A DNA stretch of 64,000 nt from an uncultured Candidatus Saccharibacteria bacterium (GTDB lineage: Bacteria; Patescibacteriota; Saccharimonadia; Saccharimonadales; AWTP1-31): the NCBI GenBank assembly GCA_964409615.1, contig CAYPDT010000001.1:587102-651101 (forward strand). Direction: 5' to 3'. Position 1 is the first letter of the stretch. Each line of letters starts with the position of its first letter. Both the position numbers and the translations under genes were made by a program. The notes below the pieces were generated by a model, which saw nothing but the letters and a program-made list of their open reading frames with translations, did not search any database and was not told the DNA's origin. Shown piece after piece: positions 19,064 to 28,194 of the stretch.

Positions 19064-19705
19064 CTACTTAGATTGATCGCCAAGCAGAATAACAGTACCC
19101 TTAAAAGCGGCTTCTAGAACTGGCTTTTGCGATTTACTGGCACTAGGGTAGAGTTTTTTGAGGTCATTGCGGTACTGAGTCAAAAGCTTTTGCAGTTCTG
19201 CAGTGAAAACTTCATCGTAATTGTTGTTTCGAGCAGCCGCTACCAGGGTAGCATCGGTTTTACTGTTTTTTTTCTGGGCTAAAATTTTATCATTCGTTTT
19301 TACCTTAGCTTTTTTCAATAGCACCAGAACTTGCTGATGTGATGACTGTACCGAGATGCTTGTATTGGCAGCGAGTGCTTGTGTAGTGCTGTTGCGCACG
19401 GCCTTTTCATTTTTAGCTAGCTCGGCCACTCGTAAAATCTCAACCTGCTCTTGGGCAATCGTTAAGAGTTCTTGGCTTTTTCCACCACCACCAAAAAATA
19501 TACTAAAAAGCATAAAGAGTAGTACGATTCCAATTAATGCGCCACCACCTACAAGTAATATTCTCTGAGTCTTTCCTTTGCCGACAGGCAAAGAGAAAGG
19601 TACCTTGGGCTGCTGTGGGGCATCATTCATGATGAAATCATATGGATTCTGCTGGGGCGCAGGTGTTGGTGCAGCAGGGAATTGCGAGTTGGGTTGCATA
19701 AGCAT
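19064..19705 (-). CDS. hypothetical membrane protein with Pro/Gln-rich N-terminus
   Basis: One TM (ILLVGGGALIGIVLLFMLFSIFF). No recognised domain. Confidence 0.45.
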   Translation of the reverse strand: MLMQPNSQFPAAPTPAPQQNPYDFIMNDAPQQPKVPFSLPVGKGKTQRILLVGGGALIGIVLLFMLFSIFFGGGGKSQELLTIAQEQVEILRVAELAKNEKAVRNSTTQALAANTSISVQSSHQQVLVLLKKAKVKTNDKILAQKKNSKTDATLVAAARNNNYDEVFTAELQKLLTQYRNDLKKLYPSASKSQKPVLEAAFKGTVILLGDQSK

Positions 19706-19974
19706 AATCTTATAGTATTTAGCGTTCAGTATCCAGACCCCAAGATGGGACTAGTAGTTTAGAGTAAATAATTTCTGCCATATTTGACCCTTCTTAAAGA
19801 CCGCTCACGTGCGGATGGTATGGCAACTGAACTGTATAAATATCACATTTCCTTACCATGCCAACCCGGCTGCGTTTGCGGAGAGTCTTCCAGAAGGGCC
19901 AAATGTGGTAGAAAATAGCTATCTGATACCGCTCAAGCTATATCCTGAGGAGTATTTACCATATACTACCTACT

Positions 19975-21738
19975 ATGGACGCTGTTGAAGAGATAAAGAG
20001 TCGATTGAGTATTGAGGATGTAGTGTCTCAGTATCTCGAACTAAAACGCTCTGGCCGCAACTTCAAAGCACTTAGCCCCTTTAGTCAGGAAAAGTCGCCA
20101 AGTTTAATGGTGAGCCCGGAAAAACAGATATGGCACGACTTCAGTAGCGGTAAGGGCGGCGATATGTTTACGTTTGTTATGGAAGTTGATGGTCTCGATT
20201 TCAAAGGCGCCCTCGACTTACTTGCTCGTCAGGCTGGAGTAGATTTGACTCAATTTCAACGCCAAGGCAATGGCGAGGCTAGCAAGCAAAAAGAACAAAT
20301 ATATAGTGCACTAGAACTCGCTGCTAAGTATTATCAGATATGCCTAAGCCGAGACGCTTCGACGCTTGATTACGTGGTTACCAAAAGACAATTTACCAAA
20401 AAGACAGCCACCACTTTTCGCCTGGGATACAGCCCAAATCAAGACAATGCCCTAGTGACATTTCTTAAGCAAAAAGGCTTCAACGAAGAAACAATCAAAA
20501 AAGCCGGTCTGGGTACCAAGCGCTATCGTGGTTTCGGCGATATGTTTCGTGGTCGGCTCATGGTGCCGCTGCAAGATGGCACCGGGCGAGTCATCGGCTT
20601 TACAGCACGCTTACTAACAGCTGATGCCAATGCTCCCAAATATATTAATACTCCGCAAAGTCCGGTTTACGACAAAAGCCGACATGTGTTTGGTTTGCAC
20701 CTGGCTAAAGAATCTATTCGCAAACAAGATTACGCGGTTGTTGTAGAAGGCAACCTCGATGTTATAGCTAGTCACCAAGCGGGAGTGTTCAATGTAGTGG
20801 CTACAGCAGGGACAGCATTAACCGAAGCTCACCTAAAAGCACTCAGTCGCTTTACCAGTGACATACGTTTAGCATTTGACCAAGATGAGGCGGGCCTAAA
20901 AGCAACCGAGCGAGCAATTCCAATAGCTAGCCAGGTTGGGGTTTCGCTGAGTATGATTACCGTACCTGAAGGTAAAGACCCAGACGAATTAGTAAAAAAA
21001 GATCCTGCAATGTGGCGAGAGGTGGTGACTAAACCTCTGTATGCAGTTGATTGGATAATCGAACGATATGCCCAGAAGCTCGATCTTACGAGCGCACAAG
21101 GCAAACGGGAGTTTAGCGACAAAGTCTTGGCAGTTATTAACCAACTGAGTGATAGTGTCGAAAAAGACCACTACATGCACGCCGTGGCTAAGCTACTTGG
21201 GGTGAGTGTGAGCGCGTTGCTGCAGAAGTCATCGACCTTTAAGTCGACGCAGAGTCCGGCAAAACGCCCAGTTATGACGCAGCCCAAGCTCGACAAGATA
21301 CACGCAGATGAAATTAAGGTCCAAAACAAATTATTGGCGCTCGGTTTATTTTTACCAAGCTTACGTACATATCTCGACCCACTGACTATTGATATGTTTG
21401 CTGAGCCGAATGCTAAACAACTGCTCAAATTTATCAAAAGTAATGCAGACTTCAATATGAGCGAGGGTGAGCTCCCCAGTCAATTGCAAGATATACAGGA
21501 TTATGTTACAGTTTTATCATTAGTTTATGAAGAACTGTATCGGAATCTGGATGTCATAGAGCTTCGTTACGAAGCTGCCAGGTTACAAATCCGAAGAATA
21601 GAAACATACGTAAAAACTCAAAAAGCTCGACTAGTTCGAGCCATGCAGACTGCTAACGAAGCAGACATGGACCGACTTCTCGAAGCAGCCAAACGACTCG
21701 ACGTTTTATTAAAAACAGCTAAACAAGCAACCAAGTAG
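19975..21738 (+). CDS. dnaG: DNA primase
   Basis: TOPRIM ..[16 protein letters not shown].., RNA-polymerase domain, and dnaG-rpoD synteny. The N-terminal zinc-binding region is recognisable but lacks the Cys/His ligands. Confidence 0.9.
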   Translation: MDAVEEIKSRLSIEDVVSQYLELKRSGRNFKALSPFSQEKSPSLMVSPEKQIWHDFSSGKGGDMFTFVMEVDGLDFKGALDLLARQAGVDLTQFQRQGNGEASKQKEQIYSALELAAKYYQICLSRDASTLDYVVTKRQFTKKTATTFRLGYSPNQDNALVTFLKQKGFNEETIKKAGLGTKRYRGFGDMFRGRLMVPLQDGTGRVIGFTARLLTADANAPKYINTPQSPVYDKSRHVFGLHLAKESIRKQDYAVVVEGNLDVIASHQAGVFNVVATAGTALTEAHLKALSRFTSDIRLAFDQDEAGLKATERAIPIASQVGVSLSMITVPEGKDPDELVKKDPAMWREVVTKPLYAVDWIIERYAQKLDLTSAQGKREFSDKVLAVINQLSDSVEKDHYMHAVAKLLGVSVSALLQKSSTFKSTQSPAKRPVMTQPKLDKIHADEIKVQNKLLALGLFLPSLRTYLDPLTIDMFAEPNAKQLLKFIKSNADFNMSEGELPSQLQDIQDYVTVLSLVYEELYRNLDVIELRYEAARLQIRRIETYVKTQKARLVRAMQTANEADMDRLLEAAKRLDVLLKTAKQATK

Positions 21739-21766
21739 CATTACCTACTCGAAAGGACACAAACCT

Positions 21767-22897
21767 ATGCCACGTGCTAAGAAACCCGCAGCTAAAGATG
21801 CAGCGCCATTAACCCCCGAAGAACTACGGGCAGAACTTATTGCTAAGGCTAAAAAAGCCGGTGAAATTGAGCAACGTGATATCACTGCAGCTTTTCCTGA
21901 CACTCCAGAAAACGTTGATATTCTCGACGGCCTCTACACAGAACTCGCTGATAGTAGTATCAAAATTTTAAGTGGTACCGAAAAGGCAGAGCCAGAATTT
22001 ACCGATGAATGGACGGCAGAAGATAACGAAGAAATTGTTATTACCGACCAAGTATATCTCGATGATGTAGCTGATGACTCCGTGCGCCTATATCTACGTG
22101 AGATTGGTAAAATCCCGCTTCTAAAAGCCGACGAAGAGTTGGCGCTTGCTCAAAGGGTTGTTGCTGGCGATAAAGATGCCAAAGATCAGATGGCAGAGGC
22201 CAACATGCGTTTGGTCGTTAGTATCGCAAAGCGCTACGTCGGCCGTGGGCTCGACCTGCTCGACCTTATTCAAGAAGGTAACACAGGCCTGCTACGTGCC
22301 GTTGAAAAATTTGACCCAGACAAGGGTTTTAAGTTCTCGACATATGCAACTTGGTGGATTCGCCAAGCTATCACTCGTGCCATCGCCGACCAGGCGCGCA
22401 CCATTCGAATTCCAGTGCACATGGTTGAAACCATCAACAAATTACTTCGAACTCAGCGTCGGCTAACCCAAGAACTGAACCGTGAACCAACCAATGACGA
22501 AATTGCCAAAGAAATGGAAATCGACGTCGAAAAAGTCGAACATATCATGAAGATTAAGCAAGACATTAGTTCTCTTGACGCTTCTGTTCGTGACGACGAA
22601 GAAGATTCAGTGCTGGGTGACTTTATTGAAGACGAAGACACTGTCAGCCCAGAAGAGTCAGCTACTGGCCAGTTGCTTAAAGAGCATGTTAAAGATATGC
22701 TCGGCGCTTTGACTGAACGTGAACAAAAAATTCTTAAACTTCGATTCGGCCTAGAAGATGGCAAAAGCCATACTCTAGAAGAAGTGGGGCAGGAATTTAA
22801 TGTTACCCGTGAGCGTATTCGTCAGATTGAAGCCAAGGCACTTGCTAAGTTGCGTAAGCACAAAGACGCTAAGAAGCTTCACGACTACATAAAATAA
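21767..22897 (+). CDS. rpoD: RNA polymerase sigma factor RpoD (sigma-70)
   Basis: Region 2 ..[38 protein letters not shown].. and region 4 ..[20 protein letters not shown].. motifs. Confidence 0.95.
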   Translation: MPRAKKPAAKDAAPLTPEELRAELIAKAKKAGEIEQRDITAAFPDTPENVDILDGLYTELADSSIKILSGTEKAEPEFTDEWTAEDNEEIVITDQVYLDDVADDSVRLYLREIGKIPLLKADEELALAQRVVAGDKDAKDQMAEANMRLVVSIAKRYVGRGLDLLDLIQEGNTGLLRAVEKFDPDKGFKFSTYATWWIRQAITRAIADQARTIRIPVHMVETINKLLRTQRRLTQELNREPTNDEIAKEMEIDVEKVEHIMKIKQDISSLDASVRDDEEDSVLGDFIEDEDTVSPEESATGQLLKEHVKDMLGALTEREQKILKLRFGLEDGKSHTLEEVGQEFNVTRERIRQIEAKALAKLRKHKDAKKLHDYIK

Positions 22898-22956
22898 ACC
22901 TAGGGCGGCAGTTCTGCCAAGCAGTAGTCTGGTTGCATCGAACACCCAAGCCCAAG

Positions 22957-22983
22957 TTGATTATTTGCAAATAAAGGTATAAT
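22957..22983 (+). promoter_or_regulatory. candidate promoter (TTGATT-N15-TATAAT) placing the TSS at or near the ATG of the downstream gene
   Basis: Perfect -10 box ending 7 nt before the ATG at 22991. The 15-nt spacer is short, so this is tentative. Confidence 0.3.
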
Positions 22984-22990
22984 TAACGCA

Positions 22991-23563
22991 ATGATTATTA
23001 TCGGATTATCAGGTACCAACGGCAGCGGAAAAGACACCGTTGGTCATTTGTTGGCTGAAAAATATGGTTTTTTATTTGCCGATGCCACCAAAATGCTTGG
23101 TGATGAGCTAACCAAACGAGGCTTATCGCACGAACGAGCCAACAAGTCGGCAGTTAGTGCCGAGTGGCGCCGCCAGTATGGCATGGGTGTGATTGTTGAT
23201 AAAGCTGTTGAGGCTTTCAAAGCAGGTTCATACAAAGGCCTGATTGTTGGCAGTTTGCGCCATCCAGGAGAGGCTGACCGAGTACACGAACTGGGTGGTA
23301 AGGTGCTGTGGGTGGATGCTGATGTGCGAGTACGCTACGACCGAATTACTAAAAATGACAGGGGTCGCGTAGAGGATCGAAAGACATTTGAAGAATTCTT
23401 GCAAGAGCAAGAAAATGAAATGCGACCCTCTGGAGATAGCGCAACACTCAACATGGCTGCCGTAAAAGAGCGGGCTGATATCTTTTTAGAAAACGACGGC
23501 AGTGACATCGAGGCATTCAAGCAGATAGCCGAAAATACACTTCGTGATTTGTTAGTAAGCTAA
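22991..23563 (+). CDS. P-loop nucleotide kinase-like protein (dephospho-CoA kinase / NMP-kinase-like)
   Basis: Walker A ..IGLSGTNGSGKDTV.. at the N-terminus. Size and layout fit the CoaE/NMP-kinase fold. Exact substrate unknown. Confidence 0.45.
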   Translation: MIIIGLSGTNGSGKDTVGHLLAEKYGFLFADATKMLGDELTKRGLSHERANKSAVSAEWRRQYGMGVIVDKAVEAFKAGSYKGLIVGSLRHPGEADRVHELGGKVLWVDADVRVRYDRITKNDRGRVEDRKTFEEFLQEQENEMRPSGDSATLNMAAVKERADIFLENDGSDIEAFKQIAENTLRDLLVS

Positions 23564-23597
23564 ACACTACAAAGTAATAGTAAAAAAACATTAAAAG

Positions 23598-23606
23598 TGT
23601 TATAAT
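23598..23606 (+). promoter_or_regulatory. extended -10 promoter element (TGTTATAAT)
   Basis: TGnTATAAT about 23 nt upstream of the ATG at 23629, which has a GAGGAG RBS. Confidence 0.35.
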
Positions 23607-23628
23607 ATACTCTGATTGAGGAGTGTTT

Positions 23629-24537
23629 ATGGCAGATTTTGCTGATTTTGAGTTAAAGGGTGTTGATGTTGCTGAGCTAGCCTTTGGTTTGTTGCCTGAA
23701 ATGTCAGAGGCTTTTGGTGCCGCACTAGAACCTTCTCGCATGGTTGATTCACTCGGAGAACTTGCAAGTGTCGTTGGCAAAAGTAAAGTACTACAAGAGA
23801 ACATTAGTGATGTGCAACGTGTAGTTGGTACGAACGAAGATGGACTAGGCATCGCCGCTGATTGGGTAGAGCGTTCAGGCATTCAGAAACAACTTGATAG
23901 AAGCCTTTGGACCCCAGCAATCCAGACACCTGACGATGTAAATGCTGTTATTGTTACTGGTGCCGTAGCAAACTGGCAGTCGAGGGCAGCATCATTACTT
24001 GAGCGACGGATTGTTGATAATAAGCCCGCAACAACTGTTTATATGCCAACTGGAAACCGTATTATGAATTCAGTTACTGAGGTAGTTAATCCTCACGTAG
24101 CGCAGATGTATGACGTTGCCGGTCAGCTGCCAACAGAATCAGAATTTGCTAATCATGTTGTTCGACCTGTTCTCGAAAACGCTGGCTACACGGTACATTT
24201 TTTGCCACAAGATACTGCTAAAGGAAGTGAAATTGCTGCACGGTTTGTGGCAGAGCATCCTGAAGTGTTTACTGGAACGGTTGCTTTTGCACGAGTTGCC
24301 AATGCTGGCGTTCAGCTAGCCGTACAATTTCGGCAGGCAGCGCGAAAGGCTGGTATAGCATTTGACACCGATGAGAAGGCTCCACAGGCATTTGTGCTTA
24401 CAGATACATTAGCAGTGGCGCGCAAAGCTGAAGAACTGAAGAAGAGCTTGAGATATCAGAATCCACTTACCGCAATGCGCCAAATAGTCATTACTGCACA
24501 GGCAATACAGCAAAGCCTAGACGCCGACGCTAATTGA
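23629..24537 (+). CDS. hypothetical protein
   Basis: ATG at 23629 with a GAGGAG RBS. No recognisable motifs. Confidence 0.45.
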   Translation: MADFADFELKGVDVAELAFGLLPEMSEAFGAALEPSRMVDSLGELASVVGKSKVLQENISDVQRVVGTNEDGLGIAADWVERSGIQKQLDRSLWTPAIQTPDDVNAVIVTGAVANWQSRAASLLERRIVDNKPATTVYMPTGNRIMNSVTEVVNPHVAQMYDVAGQLPTESEFANHVVRPVLENAGYTVHFLPQDTAKGSEIAARFVAEHPEVFTGTVAFARVANAGVQLAVQFRQAARKAGIAFDTDEKAPQAFVLTDTLAVARKAEELKKSLRYQNPLTAMRQIVITAQAIQQSLDADAN

Positions 24538-24612
24538 CAAATAAGCATAACCATGCTAGGATAAGTACATCTCTTAGAAGCAGAATGCTTTAAAAACAAA
24601 AAGGAAAAAACA

Positions 24613-25416
24613 ATGCCCGAACTACTTGGAAAAAAGATTAGAACACCTCATATGATAGCTGCTGGTGTAGCCGCACTTGCTTTGGGTGCTGGAATTGGTG
24701 CTGCAACAAGTGGTGGCGAACAGGCCGCTCCACAAGCACGCACAGCAACCGAACAGCCAGTAGATATTGGCCAAACAGGTACTGCCATTACTGCTGCTGA
24801 AACAACGAGTACAATACCTGAAACAACCTTGCCGGTGACTTCAGAAGTAACTACATCAGCACCGGCCGAGACAACAACCCTCCCAAAGGTAACAACCACA
24901 TTAGCTCCAGCAGTATTAGCTGGGGGCAGTACTAATCAGGATGGCGAAGTCACTCGAAATCCAGAGGAGCTTCCAGCTTTAACACGTGAATCTATAGAGG
25001 CATCATTACAGCCATATGTAGATAAATATACGACCAATCCAAATAGCACGACGTTTACCAAGGATGGTAAAGTTATGACGAACTTTAATCTGCCGTATCG
25101 TGATGGTGAGATTCAAGGTTTCTGGAGCGCACACCTTGAAGTTAATCCCGAGACACACAAAATTATTGCATTTACAGTAGGCGCTTACGGCGGTGACATG
25201 GAAACGGGTGACGGTGTAGAGCCCGCCACTGTTGCGTCAGTCAGGTTTACCGACACCGACTTCACGCTTGGTTACGAAATTGCCGGCCAACCTGTTGACC
25301 TGGTGGATGACGTACAGCGTAATACTGCATTTACTGACATGCGTACCATGACAGATGCCTCGCTTGTTGGAACGTCATTTTCAGTAGTTCCGCTTGCTAC
25401 GCGTGCTAACCCATAA
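24613..25416 (+). CDS. secreted/membrane-anchored Thr-rich protein
   Basis: N-terminal hydrophobic anchor (MIAAGVAALALGAGIGAA), a Thr-rich linker, and a C-terminal globular domain. Confidence 0.5.
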   Translation: MPELLGKKIRTPHMIAAGVAALALGAGIGAATSGGEQAAPQARTATEQPVDIGQTGTAITAAETTSTIPETTLPVTSEVTTSAPAETTTLPKVTTTLAPAVLAGGSTNQDGEVTRNPEELPALTRESIEASLQPYVDKYTTNPNSTTFTKDGKVMTNFNLPYRDGEIQGFWSAHLEVNPETHKIIAFTVGAYGGDMETGDGVEPATVASVRFTDTDFTLGYEIAGQPVDLVDDVQRNTAFTDMRTMTDASLVGTSFSVVPLATRANP

Positions 25417-28149
25417 ACGCTGCAGCTCACGTACACCAACAAATACTACCGCAGCACTAATTGCGTATGTCCAATCCATTAATTGTAGGGGTGCTGCGCC
25501 AAAGTATTGGTTGATGGGTGAGTAGATGATTGTTATTACACAGGCGATACTAAGTGCCATTGCAGCCCATAGGTAGCGATTGTGTAGTTGATATTTACTA
25601 AATATCCCTTCCTGACTGCGCCGCTGCAGGATGTTACACAGCTGACAGAGCACAATGGTCAAATAGGTTAAGGCTGTTGCTTTCATGTGCAAGGTACTGC
25701 CGCTTTTTATAGTGTCGGCCGCTACACCACTTCGGGCAAAGAATAGTAGGTAGTTGGTAAATGCTAAACCGCCAATCACTAGTCCACACCACAGCAGGTC
25801 GAGAATCGATTTCTTGTTCAGGATGTGTTTTTTGGGGTCGCGGGCTGGTTCGTGCATAAGTTCTCGGTCTGCTTGATCCCAGCCGAGTGCGGCAATTGGG
25901 AACAGCTCAGCTACTAAGTCTATGGCCAGAATCTGCATGACGGTAATGGCTAATGGAATGCCAAAAAAGCTCGCAGCAGCTAGACTTAAAAGATTTACCA
26001 CCAACTCAGCGCTATTACTCGTAAAACAGCTCAGAGTGCCTTTCTTGATGTTCTGGAAGACAACACGACCTTGCTGTACGGCACCGATTAGTGTGTGAAA
26101 GCTATCGTCGAGCAATACAATCTCGGCCGACTGTTTAGCCACATCAGTGCCCGTTACGCCCATGGCTACACCGATGTCCGCTTGTTTCAGGGCAGGGGCA
26201 TCATTAATACCATCTCCTGTAACGGCAACTACACGGCCGCTCTTTTTTATGGCTCCTACAATTCGTAACTTGTCTTCGGGGCTAACACGAGAGAACAAAA
26301 CGCTACCCTGACTGGTTAGTCTTAGAATATCGGCATTTTTGAGCTTCTGTACTTCTTCACCAACAATGACCGTAATATCTTCTTTACGTGCTGCTAATCC
26401 AGCTTTATAGGCTATAGCTTGTGCAGTGGAGGCGTAATCACCAGTGATAATCGATATGGCAATATGAGCTTGCCGAGCATCTGCCATGGCCTGAGGTACT
26501 TCTTCGCGGAGCGGATCAAGCATTGATACCATGCCGAGGTATGTTAGGTCGGACTCAGCTTCTTCTAATGTTATGGTGTGTACATGTTTTCTCCCCGGCA
26601 AAACTTTATAGGCGAAACTAAGATTTCTGAGAGCATCTTGGGCTAACATTTCATTCTCGGCTAATACTCTGTCGACAGATGTTTCAGTCAGTTTACGGGT
26701 GTGTCCGTGGTCCCAGACATGTGTACATTTTGCTAGGATATTTTCTGGTGCGCCTTTAGCAAACACGTACGTATTTTTACCATCTCCCCAGGCTCGTATC
26801 GAACTCATGCGCTTACGTGCCGAGTCGAACGGGAACTCTTTGAGTTCAGGATACTGACGTTCGAGTGTTAATGGTTCGAGACCGGCCTTTTGCGCAAGAG
26901 TTATAAGTGCTGCCTCGGTAGGGTCGCCAATGGCGTACCAGTCGGCGTGTTGGGCGTCGGGTGCATCAACACTAGCGTTGCTGGCAAATACTCCAGTACT
27001 AAAGAATAACTCCAACTCTTGCAGTTGTTCTTTTGGTAGTGGTTTACCATCCGATAAAACCTCTCCTGCTGCTTGGTAGCCAACTCCGCTAACTTGGTAG
27101 GTTTTTGTGCCGATAATGAATTGCTGCACAGTCATCTGGTTTTTTGTAAGCGTACCTGTTTTATCGGTACATATGATGCTAGTTGCTCCCAATGACTCTA
27201 CTGCAGACAGTTTTTTGACTAAAGCCCGTGCCCGTGCCAGTTTATTTGCTGCTTGGGCAAGGGTGGTGTTGATTTCGGCTGGCAGACCCTGAGGGATTAT
27301 CGAACTCGCAATACCTATGGCAAATAAAAATGCTTCTTTAATCCCGAGATTGGCTTGAATGGCAATCGGTAACAATATGGCGCATAACACCATAGTGCCT
27401 TGGGTCACGTGTTTGGCAATATTATTCATCTCTTTTTGGAGTGGGCTAATGTCTGGGCCAGTACTTTGACTCAGATTTGCTATGCGTCCCAACTCTGTAT
27501 GCATGCCGGTGCCGACTACAATGCCATAGCCGTGTCCTGTTGCGACCGTGGTGCCCATATAGGTTAGGTTGTGCCTGTCACCAATTGGTACTTCTTTTTC
27601 AATCGCGTGTGTAAATTTACGACTCGGGTTACTTTCTCCAGTCAAGGCGAAGTCGTTAGTTGCCAGCTCCATCTCTTCAATAATTCGAAGGTCGGCAGGC
27701 ACACTATCGCCTTCTTCGATGTAGACAATATCTCCGGGTACAATTTCGGTGCTTCGAATGCTTTCGAGTTTACCGCTGCGAACAACTTTTGCTTCAGGTA
27801 CTACCAATCGGACTAGACTTTCCATTATCCTTTCGGCCTTATACTCCTGACTAAAACCAATCACAGTATTAAAGAGTACGAGCGCAAACAGCACGATGCC
27901 GGTTCGCTGGTCACCAAGGTAAAAAGAAATAACTCCGCTTGCGCAGAGTAGCACTATCATGAGGTCTTTGAATTGCCGAAAATACTTTACTACCCACGAT
28001 TCCTTATGTACTTCGGCTAGCTGGTTGGCACCGTACGTTTTCAGGGCTTGTGCTGCTTGCTGTGGCGTTAAGCCATCACGCTGCGTGCCTAATCGTTGGT
28101 ATACGCTATCAATTTCCTCAAGATAGGTTGGTTTTTTATCACCCTCCAT
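25381..28149 (-). CDS. cation-transporting P-type ATPase (type II, Ca2+/Mg2+-like)
   Basis: ..ICTDKTGTLTKNQM.. phosphorylation site, ..TGDGINDAPALKQADIGVAMG.. hinge motif, and a cation_ATPase_N-type N-terminus. TM4 reads PQGLP rather than PEGLP. Confidence 0.9.
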   Translation of the reverse strand: MEGDKKPTYLEEIDSVYQRLGTQRDGLTPQQAAQALKTYGANQLAEVHKESWVVKYFRQFKDLMIVLLCASGVISFYLGDQRTGIVLFALVLFNTVIGFSQEYKAERIMESLVRLVVPEAKVVRSGKLESIRSTEIVPGDIVYIEEGDSVPADLRIIEEMELATNDFALTGESNPSRKFTHAIEKEVPIGDRHNLTYMGTTVATGHGYGIVVGTGMHTELGRIANLSQSTGPDISPLQKEMNNIAKHVTQGTMVLCAILLPIAIQANLGIKEAFLFAIGIASSIIPQGLPAEINTTLAQAANKLARARALVKKLSAVESLGATSIICTDKTGTLTKNQMTVQQFIIGTKTYQVSGVGYQAAGEVLSDGKPLPKEQLQELELFFSTGVFASNASVDAPDAQHADWYAIGDPTEAALITLAQKAGLEPLTLERQYPELKEFPFDSARKRMSSIRAWGDGKNTYVFAKGAPENILAKCTHVWDHGHTRKLTETSVDRVLAENEMLAQDALRNLSFAYKVLPGRKHVHTITLEEAESDLTYLGMVSMLDPLREEVPQAMADARQAHIAISIITGDYASTAQAIAYKAGLAARKEDITVIVGEEVQKLKNADILRLTSQGSVLFSRVSPEDKLRIVGAIKKSGRVVAVTGDGINDAPALKQADIGVAMGVTGTDVAKQSAEIVLLDDSFHTLIGAVQQGRVVFQNIKKGTLSCFTSNSAELVVNLLSLAAASFFGIPLAITVMQILAIDLVAELFPIAALGWDQADRELMHEPARDPKKHILNKKSILDLLWCGLVIGGLAFTNYLLFFARSGVAADTIKSGSTLHMKATALTYLTIVLCQLCNILQRRSQEGIFSKYQLHNRYLWAAMALSIACVITIIYSPINQYFGAAPLQLMDWTYAISAAVVFVGVRELQRLWVSTRSKRNY

Positions 28150-28194
28150 ACATAAGCAGTATACCTTGCAGATGTCACAGCGTATACTGTAGAT

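Noticed and set aside
19706-19974. tRNA or other structured RNA in the 270-bp dnaG upstream region and other long spacers (16922-17024, 24538-24612, 40548-40646)
   Set aside because: No tRNA-like T-loop (GGTTCGAATCC or variants) or cloverleaf could be recognised by eye. No rRNA-like sequence is present. A covariance-model scan would be needed to exclude small RNAs.
25381-28149. P-type ATPase as a heavy-metal (P1B) exporter
   Set aside because: There is no CPC/CPx motif in the TM region and no N-terminal metal-binding CxxC domain. The N-terminal cation_ATPase_N and the PEGL-like (PQGLP) TM4 fit type II (Ca2+/Mg2+-like) pumps.
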